Shown here: one piece after another, positions 17,195-27,478 of the stretch
Layout: each line of letters begins with the position of its first letter
How positions within the stretch are numbered: the stretch's first letter is position 1
Source of the DNA: an uncultured Gammaproteobacteria bacterium
Lineage (GTDB): Bacteria > Patescibacteriota > Patescibacteriia > Patescibacteriales > JAGXOH01
DNA length: 64,000 bases
Assembly (NCBI GenBank): GCA_964635515.1
Contig: CAZWNU010000001.1
Location: 5,068-69,067 of the forward strand
Reading direction: 5' to 3'
The notes under the pieces: generated by a model
Databases searched by the model: none
The model's input: the letters and a program-made list of their open reading frames with translations, nothing else
Told to the model about the DNA's origin: nothing
Made by a program: the position numbers and the translations under genes

Positions 17195-19213
17195 TTATAC
17201 GTCAAGGTTCTCTACTTTCTTAGCATGAGTTTGAATAAAATGTTTTCTAGGAGCCACATCACCTCCCATAAGCATATCAAAGATTTTATCCGCTTGAGCC
17301 GCATCCTCTACTGTTACTTTATTAACAATTCTAGTTTCAGGATTCATAGTAGTGTTCCATAATTGATCCGGGTTCATCTCACCCAAACCTTTGTATCGTT
17401 GAATCTTGATATTTCCCTTTACTTTTTCTTTTACCTCGACCTTTTCTCCGTCCTCTGATTCTTCTTCAACTTCAATAACTTCACCACCCATTTTTTCTAC
17501 TATCTTTATCTTTTCCTCTTCACTATAGGCATATTTTACTTCATTGCCTTTTTTTAACTGATATAAAGGGGGTTGGGCTATATACAAATTACCGTTTGAT
17601 ATCAGGGTATAAAAATGCCGGAAAAATAAAGTGAGGAGAAGAGTTCTGATATGAGCTCCGTCAACATCGGCATCAGTCATAATAATAATTCTATGATATC
17701 TTAATTTTTCAATATTAAACTGATCATTGATGTTGGTCCCCAAAGCAATAACCAAACTTTTAATTTCATTATTGCTAAGCATCTTGTCTAACCTGGCTCT
17801 TTCTACATTTAATATTTTACCCCTCAAAGGAAGAATAGCCTGAAAACCACGATCTCTGCCTTGCTTAGCCGAACCTCCTGCAGAGTCTCCCTCTACTATA
17901 TATAACTCGCACTCCTCAGGCTTTCTACTAGAACAATCAGCTAATTTTCCAGGAAGAGTCAAGCCTTCCAAGGCTCCTTTACGCAGAATAGAAGCTCTGG
18001 CTGTTTTAGCAGCCCTTCTGGCCTGAGCCGATAATATACATTTACCTATTATAGCCTCTGCTTCCTTGGGATGCTCCTCTAGGAAAATAGCAAAATTCTC
18101 ACCAAAAACTTGTTCTACATAGGTTTTTATCTCAGCATTTCCAAGTTTTGACTTAGTTTGACCCTCGAACTGAGGATCGGTCAATTTTACACTGATAATC
18201 GCTGTCAAACCCTCTCTAACATCATCACCAGTCAAATTTTCCTCCTTTTCTTTGAGTAAGTTGTTTTTTCTGGCATAAGCATTCAAGGTTCTAGTTAAAG
18301 CGGTTTTAAAACCTGATAAATGAGCCCCTCCTTCTGAGGTATATATATTATTAGCGAAAGGCAAGACAGTCTCATTGAACTCGTCGTTGTACTGGAGGGC
18401 TATTTCTATTTTGGTATCTTGAACATTTTTTTCAGTATAAAAATAAGTGTTATGCTTAACACTCCTTCCTCGATTCAAGGATCTTATATAAGATTTTATA
18501 CCACCTTCGAAATAAAAATTATATTCCTTCTTTCTTCTGCCTTTTCTCTGGTCAAAAACCTTTATGAATAAACCCTTGGTCAAATAAGCTTGTTGGCGAA
18601 GACGGTCCAGAATTTTTCCCCAGTTAAACTCGGTTTCAATAAAAATGGAAGGGTCTGGCCTGAAAGTTATAGCTGTTCCGGTTTTTTCAGTTTTTCCAAC
18701 AGATTTTATCTTAGATTGAGGATTACCTAATCTGTATTCTTGAGTCCAAATTTTTCCATCTCTATATATTTCTGCCTTCAAATATTCACTTAAAGCATTA
18801 ACCACGGACACACCCACCCCGTGCAAGCCTCCTGACACTTTATAGCCTCCGCCATCTCCGAATTTCCCCCCGGCATGTAATTTAGTTAGAACTGTTTCCA
18901 GGGCGGAAACACCAGTTGCTTTATGAGTGGTGACGGGAATTCCTCGTCCGTTATCTTCTACCCTTATCATGTCATCAGGCAATAGAGTTATTATTACCTC
19001 ATCAGCATGTCCTGCCATTGCCTCGTCGATCCCGTTGTCAACCACCTCCCATATTAAATGATGAAGTCCAGTGGTGGAGGTAGATCCAATATACATCCCC
19101 GGCCTCTTCCTCACCGGCTCCAACCCCTCTAAGACAGTAATGGCGCTAGCACCATAATCACTACCCTTCTTAGAATTCTTATCTTTTTTTTCTTCGCTCT
19201 TCTTTTTGGTCAT
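17195..19213 (-). CDS. gyrB: DNA gyrase / topoisomerase IIA subunit B
   Basis: LEGLEPVRKRPGMYIGST, GGKFGDGGGYKVSGGLHGVG, EGDSAGGSAKQGRDR, and a Toprim/C-terminal QRYKGLGEM. Confidence 0.9.
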   Translation of the reverse strand: MTKKKSEEKKDKNSKKGSDYGASAITVLEGLEPVRKRPGMYIGSTSTTGLHHLIWEVVDNGIDEAMAGHADEVIITLLPDDMIRVEDNGRGIPVTTHKATGVSALETVLTKLHAGGKFGDGGGYKVSGGLHGVGVSVVNALSEYLKAEIYRDGKIWTQEYRLGNPQSKIKSVGKTEKTGTAITFRPDPSIFIETEFNWGKILDRLRQQAYLTKGLFIKVFDQRKGRRKKEYNFYFEGGIKSYIRSLNRGRSVKHNTYFYTEKNVQDTKIEIALQYNDEFNETVLPFANNIYTSEGGAHLSGFKTALTRTLNAYARKNNLLKEKEENLTGDDVREGLTAIISVKLTDPQFEGQTKSKLGNAEIKTYVEQVFGENFAIFLEEHPKEAEAIIGKCILSAQARRAAKTARASILRKGALEGLTLPGKLADCSSRKPEECELYIVEGDSAGGSAKQGRDRGFQAILPLRGKILNVERARLDKMLSNNEIKSLVIALGTNINDQFNIEKLRYHRIIIMTDADVDGAHIRTLLLTLFFRHFYTLISNGNLYIAQPPLYQLKKGNEVKYAYSEEEKIKIVEKMGGEVIEVEEESEDGEKVEVKEKVKGNIKIQRYKGLGEMNPDQLWNTTMNPETRIVNKVTVEDAAQADKIFDMLMGGDVAPRKHFIQTHAKKVENLDV

Positions 19214-19428
19214 ATTAAAAAATATTTAATTTAAATTTAACAATTTCTAAAAATAAAAATATGGGTATATAAAACTAACCCAATTAGCAATCATCTTGCT
19301 ATATCTTTCTTATTCTTATTTTATCATACAATTTCATAATAATCAATCTATAAAAGGGCTCTTTAGGTAGTTGTTAAAAGGTTCGGTAAATGATAAAATA
19401 AAGAATATAATATATCAAAAAAATTTTT

Positions 19429-20400
19429 ATGGCCCTTGAAGAACCAAAAAATAATGGCTCCTCCCAAAAAAACGGAGAGAAGAAAAAAGAGGAAGGGGAG
19501 AAGAAGAAAAAATTGAATATTTACAAGCACAAAGATCCCACTACGGGTCTGACGATGAAAAAACTGGAGAGAAGTTTGTGGTTTTTTGAGCATAGAAGCC
19601 ACTTTCAAAAAAGTGTTATTATAATATTAATTTTAATATCTGCTCTTAGTTGGGGTTATGTCACATACTATACCACCATGTATTTATACTCCGGAATGGA
19701 GAAGGATGACAGGATGATCAGGGGTATAACCACCAACCTTTTACCTGGACACGAATATACCCTGGAAATATCTCCGAAACCCTTGATGATTTCTCAAATA
19801 AAAACCTTTGACAATCAAGATAAATTTGATATTATTGCCCTAGTAGAAAATCCCAATCCTTGGCACTACGCTTATTTTAACTACTGTTTTACCACCGGCC
19901 CAAACGAGATAAACTGTGATCAAAGCTTCATATTCCCGGAGGAGTCCAAGTATATCGTCAACACGGGAGATGAAGCCGATTATGGCTACTCTAATATCAA
20001 TTTTAATATTGAAAGAGTTAATTGGAAAAAAATAAATAGACACGAAATAATGCATTGGGAACCTTTTAGGGAAGATAGGTTAAATATAAAATTCCAAGAC
20101 AAGGAGTTTCTGCCCCCGGGATCTAGTGAATTAAGTGAAAAGCTAAACATTTCGGTTTTAAAATTTGATGCCATCAATAATACCAGTTATAGTTACTACA
20201 GAATGCCGTTAAACATATTTTTATATAGAGGAAACAGAATAGTGGGTGTAAACAGGTATGTCTTAAGAAATTTTAGGTCCCAAGAGGAAACATCATTAAG
20301 CCTAACCCTTCCTAATGTTACTTACAATGTTGACGAAATCAGAATTGTGCCAGACGTAGATATTATGAGTGAAGAAAGCTACATCTTCCCGGGAAGGTAA
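19429..20400 (+). CDS. Hypothetical single-pass membrane protein with a Lys/Glu-rich N-terminus
   Basis: ORF with one TM (VIIILILISALSWGYV) and no recognisable domain. Confidence 0.4.
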   Translation: MALEEPKNNGSSQKNGEKKKEEGEKKKKLNIYKHKDPTTGLTMKKLERSLWFFEHRSHFQKSVIIILILISALSWGYVTYYTTMYLYSGMEKDDRMIRGITTNLLPGHEYTLEISPKPLMISQIKTFDNQDKFDIIALVENPNPWHYAYFNYCFTTGPNEINCDQSFIFPEESKYIVNTGDEADYGYSNINFNIERVNWKKINRHEIMHWEPFREDRLNIKFQDKEFLPPGSSELSEKLNISVLKFDAINNTSYSYYRMPLNIFLYRGNRIVGVNRYVLRNFRSQEETSLSLTLPNVTYNVDEIRIVPDVDIMSEESYIFPGR

Positions 20401-20415
20401 ACACAGAGAAAAAAT

Positions 20416-21522
20416 ATGTTTAAAAAAATATTCATATACCTTAAAAATTTTGATTGGATTTTATTTACCTCTGTCATCCTTTTGACTTGCTTCGGACTGA
20501 TCGAAATCTATAGCATTTCCCTGGGAAGGGATGTGTCTGAGCTGGTTATATTCAAAAGACAGGTGTTTTTTGTTGTTATTGGAGTTATTTTGGTCTTTGT
20601 TTTTTCCTTTTTAGACCATCAGTTTTTTAAAGACTATGCTAATTGGCTCTATTTTTTAGGGATTATCTTATTGACATCTGTTTTGTTTTTTGGAACCACA
20701 TATAGCCATGCTACTAGGTGGCTTGATTTAGGATACTTCAGCTTTCAACCGGTGGAGATAGCAAAAATTATTATTATAATTTTTTTAGCCAAACTTTTTT
20801 CTTCAAAAAAAATAGAGAAAGATAATTGGCGTCAACTAGTTTGGTCCGGATCATTGATCTTAATACCTTTTCTTCTGGTTTTGGGTCAGCCGGATCTCGG
20901 CTCTGCTATTCTCTTCTTTGTCATCTGGCTGACTTTAGTTGTTGTATCCGGATTCAACAAAAAATATTTAGTTATTATATTTTTGTTAGGGGTGGTCGCG
21001 TTTGCGGGTATGTGGAACTTTTATTTTGTAGACTATCAAAAACAAAGAATTCTAACTTTTATAAACCCTTCTGAAAGTTCCCTTGATCATCGCCACAATG
21101 TAGACCAGTCAATTATTGCTGTAGGGGCCGGAGGGCTGACCGGAAGTGGGGTTGGTTTTGGCTCCCAATCACAGTTAAAGTTTTTACCTGAAGTAGAAAA
21201 TGACTTTATTTTCGCAGTTATAGCAGAGGAGTTGGGTTTTATGGGGGTTAGTCTTTTACTTATATTTTTTAGTTTATTCTTTTATAGATGTCTGGTAAAT
21301 TTAAAAAAAATCAACAATGATTTCGGAATTTTTTTAATTTTAGGCTCGGTGGGCTTGATTTTTACTCAAATGTTTATTAATATAGGTATGAACATGGGTA
21401 TCTTCCCGGTTATAGGCCTCCCCCTGCCTTTTGTTAGCTATGGAGGCAGTGCCCTGATATCGATGTTTGTTTTAGTAGGCATCATTCAAAATATTATCAT
21501 TAAATCAAAAATTAATTATTAA
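20416..21522 (+). CDS. SEDS-family cell-wall polymerase (FtsW/RodA)
   Basis: QPVEIAKIIIIIFLA, DFIFAVIAEELGFMGV and about 10 TM helices. Confidence 0.85.
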   Translation: MFKKIFIYLKNFDWILFTSVILLTCFGLIEIYSISLGRDVSELVIFKRQVFFVVIGVILVFVFSFLDHQFFKDYANWLYFLGIILLTSVLFFGTTYSHATRWLDLGYFSFQPVEIAKIIIIIFLAKLFSSKKIEKDNWRQLVWSGSLILIPFLLVLGQPDLGSAILFFVIWLTLVVVSGFNKKYLVIIFLLGVVAFAGMWNFYFVDYQKQRILTFINPSESSLDHRHNVDQSIIAVGAGGLTGSGVGFGSQSQLKFLPEVENDFIFAVIAEELGFMGVSLLLIFFSLFFYRCLVNLKKINNDFGIFLILGSVGLIFTQMFINIGMNMGIFPVIGLPLPFVSYGGSALISMFVLVGIIQNIIIKSKINY

Positions 21523-21564
21523 AAATAAACAAGAAATAATTGTTTATTTTTATTTTATAATCTT

Positions 21565-22233
21565 ATGACTGAAGAATTCAATCTAAAAGCAACAACCAGA
21601 AAGAAAGAAGAAAAGCCGAACCAGGTTAGAAGAGACAACTTTATCCCGGTTATTTTGTATGGGCCCTCTGTTAAGGAGAGCCAAGAATTGAAAATCAAAA
21701 AAGGAGAATTCGAAAGAGTATATAACCAGGCAGGGGAATCGAGTCTAATAAACCTAAAAAACGACCAGGATAAAAAAGAAGAAAAAATTTTAATCAAAGA
21801 CATTCAAAGAGATCCGGTTAAAGGAGACATAATCCATGCTGACTTCTACCAGGTAAAAATGGATGAAAAAATTTATACTGAAATCCCCTTGAGTTTCATC
21901 GGAGAATCAAAGGCGGTCAAGGAGCTGGGTGGTTATTTAACCAAAAACTTAGACTCTTTGGAGGTGGAGTGTTTGCCGGGTGATTTGGTCTACGAAATAG
22001 AGGTTGACATCTCCCAGCTAGAGAGCTTTGAGGACGATATAAAAGTTAAGGATCTTCAAATTCCTAAAGGGATAATCATAACCCTTGATCCAGAAGAAGT
22101 GGTAGCCACAACAACACCGCCACAGGAAGAGGAAGAAGAAAAAGAAGAGAGCACCGAGGAAGATGCCAAGACAGAGAAAAAGACTCCTGAAGGAGGAGAG
22201 CAGGCTCAGGAAAAAGAAGAAGCATCCTCCTAG
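21565..22233 (+). CDS. rplY: Ribosomal protein L25 (Ctc form) with an acidic C-terminal tail
   Basis: N-terminal L25 fold (VRRDNFIPVILYG, GDIIHADFYQV) followed by a Glu-rich tail. Confidence 0.8.
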   Translation: MTEEFNLKATTRKKEEKPNQVRRDNFIPVILYGPSVKESQELKIKKGEFERVYNQAGESSLINLKNDQDKKEEKILIKDIQRDPVKGDIIHADFYQVKMDEKIYTEIPLSFIGESKAVKELGGYLTKNLDSLEVECLPGDLVYEIEVDISQLESFEDDIKVKDLQIPKGIIITLDPEEVVATTTPPQEEEEEKEESTEEDAKTEKKTPEGGEQAQEKEEASS

Positions 22234-22259
22234 GACAGGTGTATAACTAAAAAACATAA

Positions 22260-23336
22260 ATGAAGCTCGGCTTCCTTAAAAAAATAAAAGGATTCTTAAT
22301 TACTTACAAACGGCTTTTTTTGGCTTTTGTTTTAATATTAATAGTTTTTTTAATTCCTCTTGGTTTTTATAAAGATTTAGAGGACAAGGAAATTCCCTTT
22401 TTTTCCGACAGACAAGATTCGAATCTTGATTCTTGCGAAGATTGTGTAAAAAGAAAGATTGATGGAAAGCTTGTTCCTTCTGAAAACAAAAACCCTCAAC
22501 TCACGGCCATAATAATAGACAACCATCCACAATCCAGACCCCAATCGGGCCTATCCGAAGCTGCTCTGGTCTATGAAGCAGAAGTGGAGGGTGGGGCTAC
22601 TAGATATTTAGCCGTATTTACTGGTGACGAAGAACTTGAAAAGATAGGGCCAATCAGGAGCGCCAGGCCTTATTTTCTAGATTGGGGAGAGGATCTATCC
22701 TCACTCTTTGTACACTGCGGAGGAAGCCCGGCAACTTTGGCCAACTTGGCTTTAAGTAACTTGGTCAACTTGGATCAATTTTATGACTACCAATATTTTT
22801 GGAGGGACAACGAAAGGTTAGCCCCACATAACATATATACTTCATCAAAGCTAATAAATGATTTTTTAAAATCAACCAATCAGGAAGCGGATGGGTACCT
22901 TGGATGGAACTTTAAATCCCCTGAACCATTAAAAAAAAGAGGGGAGGAGAAAACAATCTCCATTCCTTTTGATTCAGGGTATCAAGTAAAATGGTTATAT
23001 GATCGAGATGAAAATGAGTATGTCAGGTATCTTGACGGGGAAATTCATACAGACGCTGAAGGAGAAGTTGTAACTACTCACAACCTAATCTTGCATTACT
23101 TAAAAACAAAAACAATAGATGAAAAACTAAGATTGGAATTGGTCAACAGGGGAGTGGGGAATGCCATGATATGTCGAGACGGGGAATGCCAAGAAGTAAA
23201 TTGGCAAAAAGAAAATCCAAAAGAAAGGAGTAGATACTATACACCTGAAGGGGAAAAATTCTTGTTTAACCCAGGAACAACCTGGATAGAAATAATAGAA
23301 AAATCCAAAAAAGAAAAAGTTAAGATTGAGAGGTAA
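22260..23336 (+). CDS. DUF3048-domain (YerB-like) membrane-anchored protein
   Basis: TAIIIDNHPQSRPQSGLSEAALVYEAEVEGGATRYLAVF matches the DUF3048 core. Confidence 0.65.
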   Translation: MKLGFLKKIKGFLITYKRLFLAFVLILIVFLIPLGFYKDLEDKEIPFFSDRQDSNLDSCEDCVKRKIDGKLVPSENKNPQLTAIIIDNHPQSRPQSGLSEAALVYEAEVEGGATRYLAVFTGDEELEKIGPIRSARPYFLDWGEDLSSLFVHCGGSPATLANLALSNLVNLDQFYDYQYFWRDNERLAPHNIYTSSKLINDFLKSTNQEADGYLGWNFKSPEPLKKRGEEKTISIPFDSGYQVKWLYDRDENEYVRYLDGEIHTDAEGEVVTTHNLILHYLKTKTIDEKLRLELVNRGVGNAMICRDGECQEVNWQKENPKERSRYYTPEGEKFLFNPGTTWIEIIEKSKKEKVKIER

Positions 23337-24204
23337 TCGTGATAATTCTGTCTCTCCCGGAAAGATCCTGTTTCACACTCATCTCGGATCGAGGTAATTT
23401 CTCAACCACCATCTCTCTGAGGTCAGGTACCTGTTCCGGATTAAGCTCTAAAATTAAAAGGAAAGAAGAGAAGTCCATTTTGTCTATTTGCTCTAGAAGT
23501 TGTTTGTAGTATTTTAAACCCTTCTCAGTAGCCACTAAAGCCCCCTTGGGCTCATACTGAATGGAGGGGGATTTTCTATACTGCTCCTTTGTTAAATATG
23601 GCAAATTGGCTGCTATAATATTAAAAAAACCCAGGCTCTTCTCAAATTTATTTTTATTGCTTAGAAAATACTCTAGGAGATTAGATTCGAAAATTTCAAC
23701 TTTTTTGGCCTTATGTGATTGCCTGTTCTTCATAGCGGTCTTCAAAGCGGTCCTGCTTATATCTGTGGCAAAAACTTTATTCAAATTATCTTCCTCTTCA
23801 AGGATTTTGGCTAAACTTATTCCAATACAACCACTACCGGTTCCTATATCCCAAATATTAAAACTTTCCTCTTTAGGGGTAGAAGCTAAAACCTCCCTTA
23901 CTATACCCTCGGTTTCCGGCCTGGGCACCAAAACTCTTCTATTAACCAAAAACCTCATACCATAAAAATCTTTGTAGCCTAAGATATAGGCTAAAGGCTC
24001 GCCATTCAATCTTCTCTTTATTAGATTATCGAATTTCTCTTTGCCTTTTTGAGTGACAGGCTCTCTGGGGTAGGTGTGTAAAAACTCCCTGGATTTTCTC
24101 AAAGCTTGGGCCAATAAAATTTCAGCCTCTAGGTCGGAATTAAAAACATCGCCCTCCTGAAACTTGACTCTGCCTTGTTTTAATAATTCTCCTATATTGG
24201 CCAT
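23320..24204 (-). CDS. prmC: Release-factor glutamine N5-methyltransferase PrmC/HemK
   Basis: Class I SAM methyltransferase motifs (DIGTGSGCIGI), a motif IV variant NLPY, and a conserved position directly after prfA. Confidence 0.8.
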   Translation of the reverse strand: MANIGELLKQGRVKFQEGDVFNSDLEAEILLAQALRKSREFLHTYPREPVTQKGKEKFDNLIKRRLNGEPLAYILGYKDFYGMRFLVNRRVLVPRPETEGIVREVLASTPKEESFNIWDIGTGSGCIGISLAKILEEEDNLNKVFATDISRTALKTAMKNRQSHKAKKVEIFESNLLEYFLSNKNKFEKSLGFFNIIAANLPYLTKEQYRKSPSIQYEPKGALVATEKGLKYYKQLLEQIDKMDFSSFLLILELNPEQVPDLREMVVEKLPRSEMSVKQDLSGRDRIITITSQS

Positions 24205-24219
24205 ATATTTGAAAATATT

Positions 24220-25320
24220 TTATTCTGAATTCCGGGCCGCTTTTTGCAAAGATTTTATAATATCCTCTATGTTTCCATCCAAAATACCCTCTAAATTATT
24301 CCAAGACTGCTTGATTCTGTGATCTGTTAAACGATCTTGGGGATAATTATAGGTTCTTATTTTTTCGCTTCTGTCACCGCTACCCACCTGAGATTTTCTC
24401 TTTTCCTCCTCGGACTTTTTTTCTTCTTCTTTGATTTTAGATAAAATCCTTGCTCTTAAAATTTGCATGGCCCTCTCTTTGTTTTGTTGCTGAGATTTTT
24501 CATCTTGGCACTGAGCAGTTAAGCCTGTCGGCTCATGAGTAATTCTGACAGCTGAATTACTAGTATTAACGCTTTGCCCCCCTGGTCCTGAGGCGGAATA
24601 CGTATCAATTCTCAGATCACTCTCTTTGATTTCCACTTCTACATCTTCAGCTTCAGGTAGAACCGCTACAGTAGCGGCTGAAGTGTGGATTCTGCCGCTT
24701 TTTTCGGTTTCTGGGACCCTCTGCACTCTATGAGTCCCTCCTTCGAATTTTAATTCCTTGTAAACATTCTCTCCCTTTATTAAAAAAGTTACTTCTTTAA
24801 ATCCTCCGATATCTGCTTGATTTGAATCCCAAATTTTTATCTCCCAAGATCTTTTTTCGGCATACCTAGAATACATACGAAAAAGCTCTCCAGCAAAAAG
24901 GGCGGACTCATCTCCTCCAGTCCCTGCCCTGATCTCCATAATTACATTTCTCTTGTCATTGGGATCGTCCGGATAAAGCTCAGAGTTTAACTCTTCTTTT
25001 ATTTTTTTTTGCTGCTCCTCTAAACTTAAAATTTCCGCCTGGGCGATATCCACGATCTCTCCTTCCTCTTCTTCTTTGATAATTTTTTGATTCTCTTCAA
25101 TGCTTTTTTCTACACGTTCCAGTTCAGAAATTAAGTCAACCAACTTTTTATAATATGAGTGCTCTTTGGAGATCTGGGACAATCTTTTTATATCCTTGTT
25201 TATTTCGGGTTGCGACAATTGCTCTTCTAGTTCTCGGAATTTTTGTTTTATTTCTGTATACATAATTTTAGCTTTGAGGTTTAAAAAACAGTTGCAAAAC
25301 ACCCCCTCCTCAAATGCCAA
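24220..25320 (-). CDS. prfA: Peptide chain release factor 1
   Basis: GGQ motif (GGQSVNTSNSAVRITH), a PxT-type tripeptide (PET) and RF1 architecture. Confidence 0.9.
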   Translation of the reverse strand: MAFEEGVFCNCFLNLKAKIMYTEIKQKFRELEEQLSQPEINKDIKRLSQISKEHSYYKKLVDLISELERVEKSIEENQKIIKEEEEGEIVDIAQAEILSLEEQQKKIKEELNSELYPDDPNDKRNVIMEIRAGTGGDESALFAGELFRMYSRYAEKRSWEIKIWDSNQADIGGFKEVTFLIKGENVYKELKFEGGTHRVQRVPETEKSGRIHTSAATVAVLPEAEDVEVEIKESDLRIDTYSASGPGGQSVNTSNSAVRITHEPTGLTAQCQDEKSQQQNKERAMQILRARILSKIKEEEKKSEEEKRKSQVGSGDRSEKIRTYNYPQDRLTDHRIKQSWNNLEGILDGNIEDIIKSLQKAARNSE

Positions 25321-25342
25321 GCAACCGTTTTATATAATTCGG

Positions 25343-25636
25343 TTATTTTTTGTTGTTTGATTCTTTTTCTTTCTGCTTCTTGTTTTGAGCCTGTTTTTTA
25401 AGCTTCTTACCCTTCTTTGTTTTAGAAACCTCTTTTTGGGCTTTCAGCTTAGCCTCAAATTTTTCAACCCTCTGGGCTGAATCAACTAATTTCTGCTTAC
25501 CAGTATAAAAAGGGTGGCAATCAGAACAAATTTCCACTTTCAACTCTTCTTTGGTAGATCCTGTAACAAAATTATTTCCGCAAACGCAAGACACCTTCGC
25601 CTTGTCATGATACTGGGGATGAATATCTTTCTTCAT
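25343..25636 (-). CDS. rpmE: Ribosomal protein L31 with a Lys-rich C-terminal extension
   Basis: MKKDIHPQY..., CxC...C..CHPFYTG zinc ribbon. Confidence 0.85.
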   Translation of the reverse strand: MKKDIHPQYHDKAKVSCVCGNNFVTGSTKEELKVEICSDCHPFYTGKQKLVDSAQRVEKFEAKLKAQKEVSKTKKGKKLKKQAQNKKQKEKESNNKK

Positions 25637-25863
25637 ATTTTTTCGCTTAATTCAGTTAAATTAATAATAAAACTATAATATCAAGAAAGGGGAGTTTTTG
25701 TCAATAATACCGGATTAAATCATTAAAATAACAGTGGGGTCCGTGTTTGTTTATATGGGGTGGTCGGTTGTATAATTAAAAATCCAGGCCTGGGAAAGAG
25801 TACAGCAAAAAAACTCACTCAAAAGTGGCGATTGATTGTAATTTTATTTTTCTTCAACTAGTA

Positions 25864-25872
25864 TGATATAAT
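25864..25872 (+). promoter_or_regulatory. Extended -10 promoter (TGaTATAAT) for the flippase gene
   Basis: TG at 25864-25865 and TATAAT at 25867-25872; ATG at 25885. Confidence 0.35.
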
Positions 25873-25884
25873 GATTTTACACCT

Positions 25885-27330
25885 ATGAAAATAAACAATA
25901 TTGCTAAAAACACTTCTTATCTAACTTCCGCTCTGGTGATTCAAAAGGTAATTTCCTTTGCCTATTTTACTTTATTGGCAAGAAATCTTGGTCCAGAGAA
26001 TATGGGAATGTATTATTTTGCTATCTCCTTCACCACCGTTCTGGCTGTGTTCATAGACTTGGGTCTTATAAATATTTTGATGCGGGAGGTGGCTAAAACC
26101 AAAGAAAGGGCCCAAGAGCTACTGGGCAGTGTCTTGGCTATAAAACTACCCTTAGCCCTATTAACCCTAGGATCGGCTATTTTGATAATTCATCTACTTA
26201 ACTATCCCAGCCTGGTCGTTCACCTTGTATATCTTTCTTGTATATGTATGATCCTGGATTCCTTTACTACAAGCTTTTTTGCTGTCATCAGAGGTTTTCA
26301 TAATTTAATCTATGAGAGCATAGGATCAGTGTTGTTCCAGTTAATAGTAATGATATTAGGGCTAGTAGCTGTTTATAGTGGCATGAGCCTGCTCTGGGTA
26401 ATGGGCGCTTTGGTGGCTGCCAGTATTTTTAATTTTTCCTATTCTTCTCTGGTTCTCTGGAAGAAATTAGATTTAGTAATAAAGCCTGTTTATAATCAAA
26501 GATTAATATTATCCTTAAGTAGGCTTGCTATTCCTTTCGGCCTGTTTGCTCTATTTCAAAGGTTCTATATGCACTTTGATTCGGTTTTACTCTCCATTAT
26601 AGCCGGGGATAGATATGTAGGCTACTACCAAGTAGCTTTTAAAATAATCTTCGCTCTTCAGTTCCTGCCCCTAGCCTTTGTAGCCTCCTTGTATCCGGCC
26701 ATGAGTTATTACTGGATTAATAATCGGGAACAATTGACTATAACCTTTGAAAGAGCAATGAAATACTTAATGATAATATCTATCCCGATTAGTACCGGGG
26801 TAATAATTTTGTCCGACAAGATAATAAATATATTCGGTAAAGAATTTTCCGGAGCCACGCTTCCCATGCAAATAACTATTTTGGCGCTACTTTTTATTTT
26901 CATTAATTTTCCAATCGGCTCTCTTTTAAATGCTTGCGATAGACAGAAATATAACACAATAAACATGGGGATAGCGGTTACGCTGAGCATAACACTTAAC
27001 CTTATCCTGATTTCAAAATTTCAGGCCGTAGGGGCAGGGGTCACTGTTTTAGTAACTAATTTTTTAATGACTATCTTGGGCCTTTACTGGGCCGGGAAAA
27101 TAATAAACTACGACAAAAAAATGATGTTAATAAATTTTATTAAAATTATAATATCCGGCCTGGCCATGGGTGTTTTAGTTTTTGAATTGCAAAAATATCT
27201 AAATATATTTTTAATCATACCCCTTGGAGGGATTTTCTATTTCCTTGTTCTGTATTTGGTCAGGGGCTATACCAAAGAAGACATCAAAAGCATAACTTCG
27301 TCCTTTTTAGCTAAAAAACAAAAGGGTTAG
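25885..27330 (+). CDS. Polysaccharide flippase-like MOP-superfamily transporter (Wzx-like)
   Basis: About 14 TM helices, with polysaccharide-biosynthesis-protein (PF01943-like) topology and composition. Confidence 0.7.
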   Translation: MKINNIAKNTSYLTSALVIQKVISFAYFTLLARNLGPENMGMYYFAISFTTVLAVFIDLGLINILMREVAKTKERAQELLGSVLAIKLPLALLTLGSAILIIHLLNYPSLVVHLVYLSCICMILDSFTTSFFAVIRGFHNLIYESIGSVLFQLIVMILGLVAVYSGMSLLWVMGALVAASIFNFSYSSLVLWKKLDLVIKPVYNQRLILSLSRLAIPFGLFALFQRFYMHFDSVLLSIIAGDRYVGYYQVAFKIIFALQFLPLAFVASLYPAMSYYWINNREQLTITFERAMKYLMIISIPISTGVIILSDKIINIFGKEFSGATLPMQITILALLFIFINFPIGSLLNACDRQKYNTINMGIAVTLSITLNLILISKFQAVGAGVTVLVTNFLMTILGLYWAGKIINYDKKMMLINFIKIIISGLAMGVLVFELQKYLNIFLIIPLGGIFYFLVLYLVRGYTKEDIKSITSSFLAKKQKG

Positions 27331-27478
27331 AACCCACTGATTTGACTTTTCTATAATACTAACCTTTCACGAAAAGCAGGGCCTAGAATAATGGCCAGTG
27401 GAAATTTGTTCAATTTTGTGATATTTTTAACAATACTGGGGAAGATTTTAAAAATTAATTTAAGTTGCAATATCTACT

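Noticed and set aside
25637-25884. Possible small RNA, suggested by the palindrome CCAGGCCTGG and a GC-richer island between rpmE and the flippase gene
   Set aside because: No terminator, no conserved secondary-structure family and no promoter could be recognised by eye. The region more likely just holds the two divergent promoters.
27349-27364. TTGACT...TATAAT promoter-like hexamers before the GT2 gene
   Set aside because: The spacer is only 4 nt, so it cannot be a functional -35/-10 pair as it stands.
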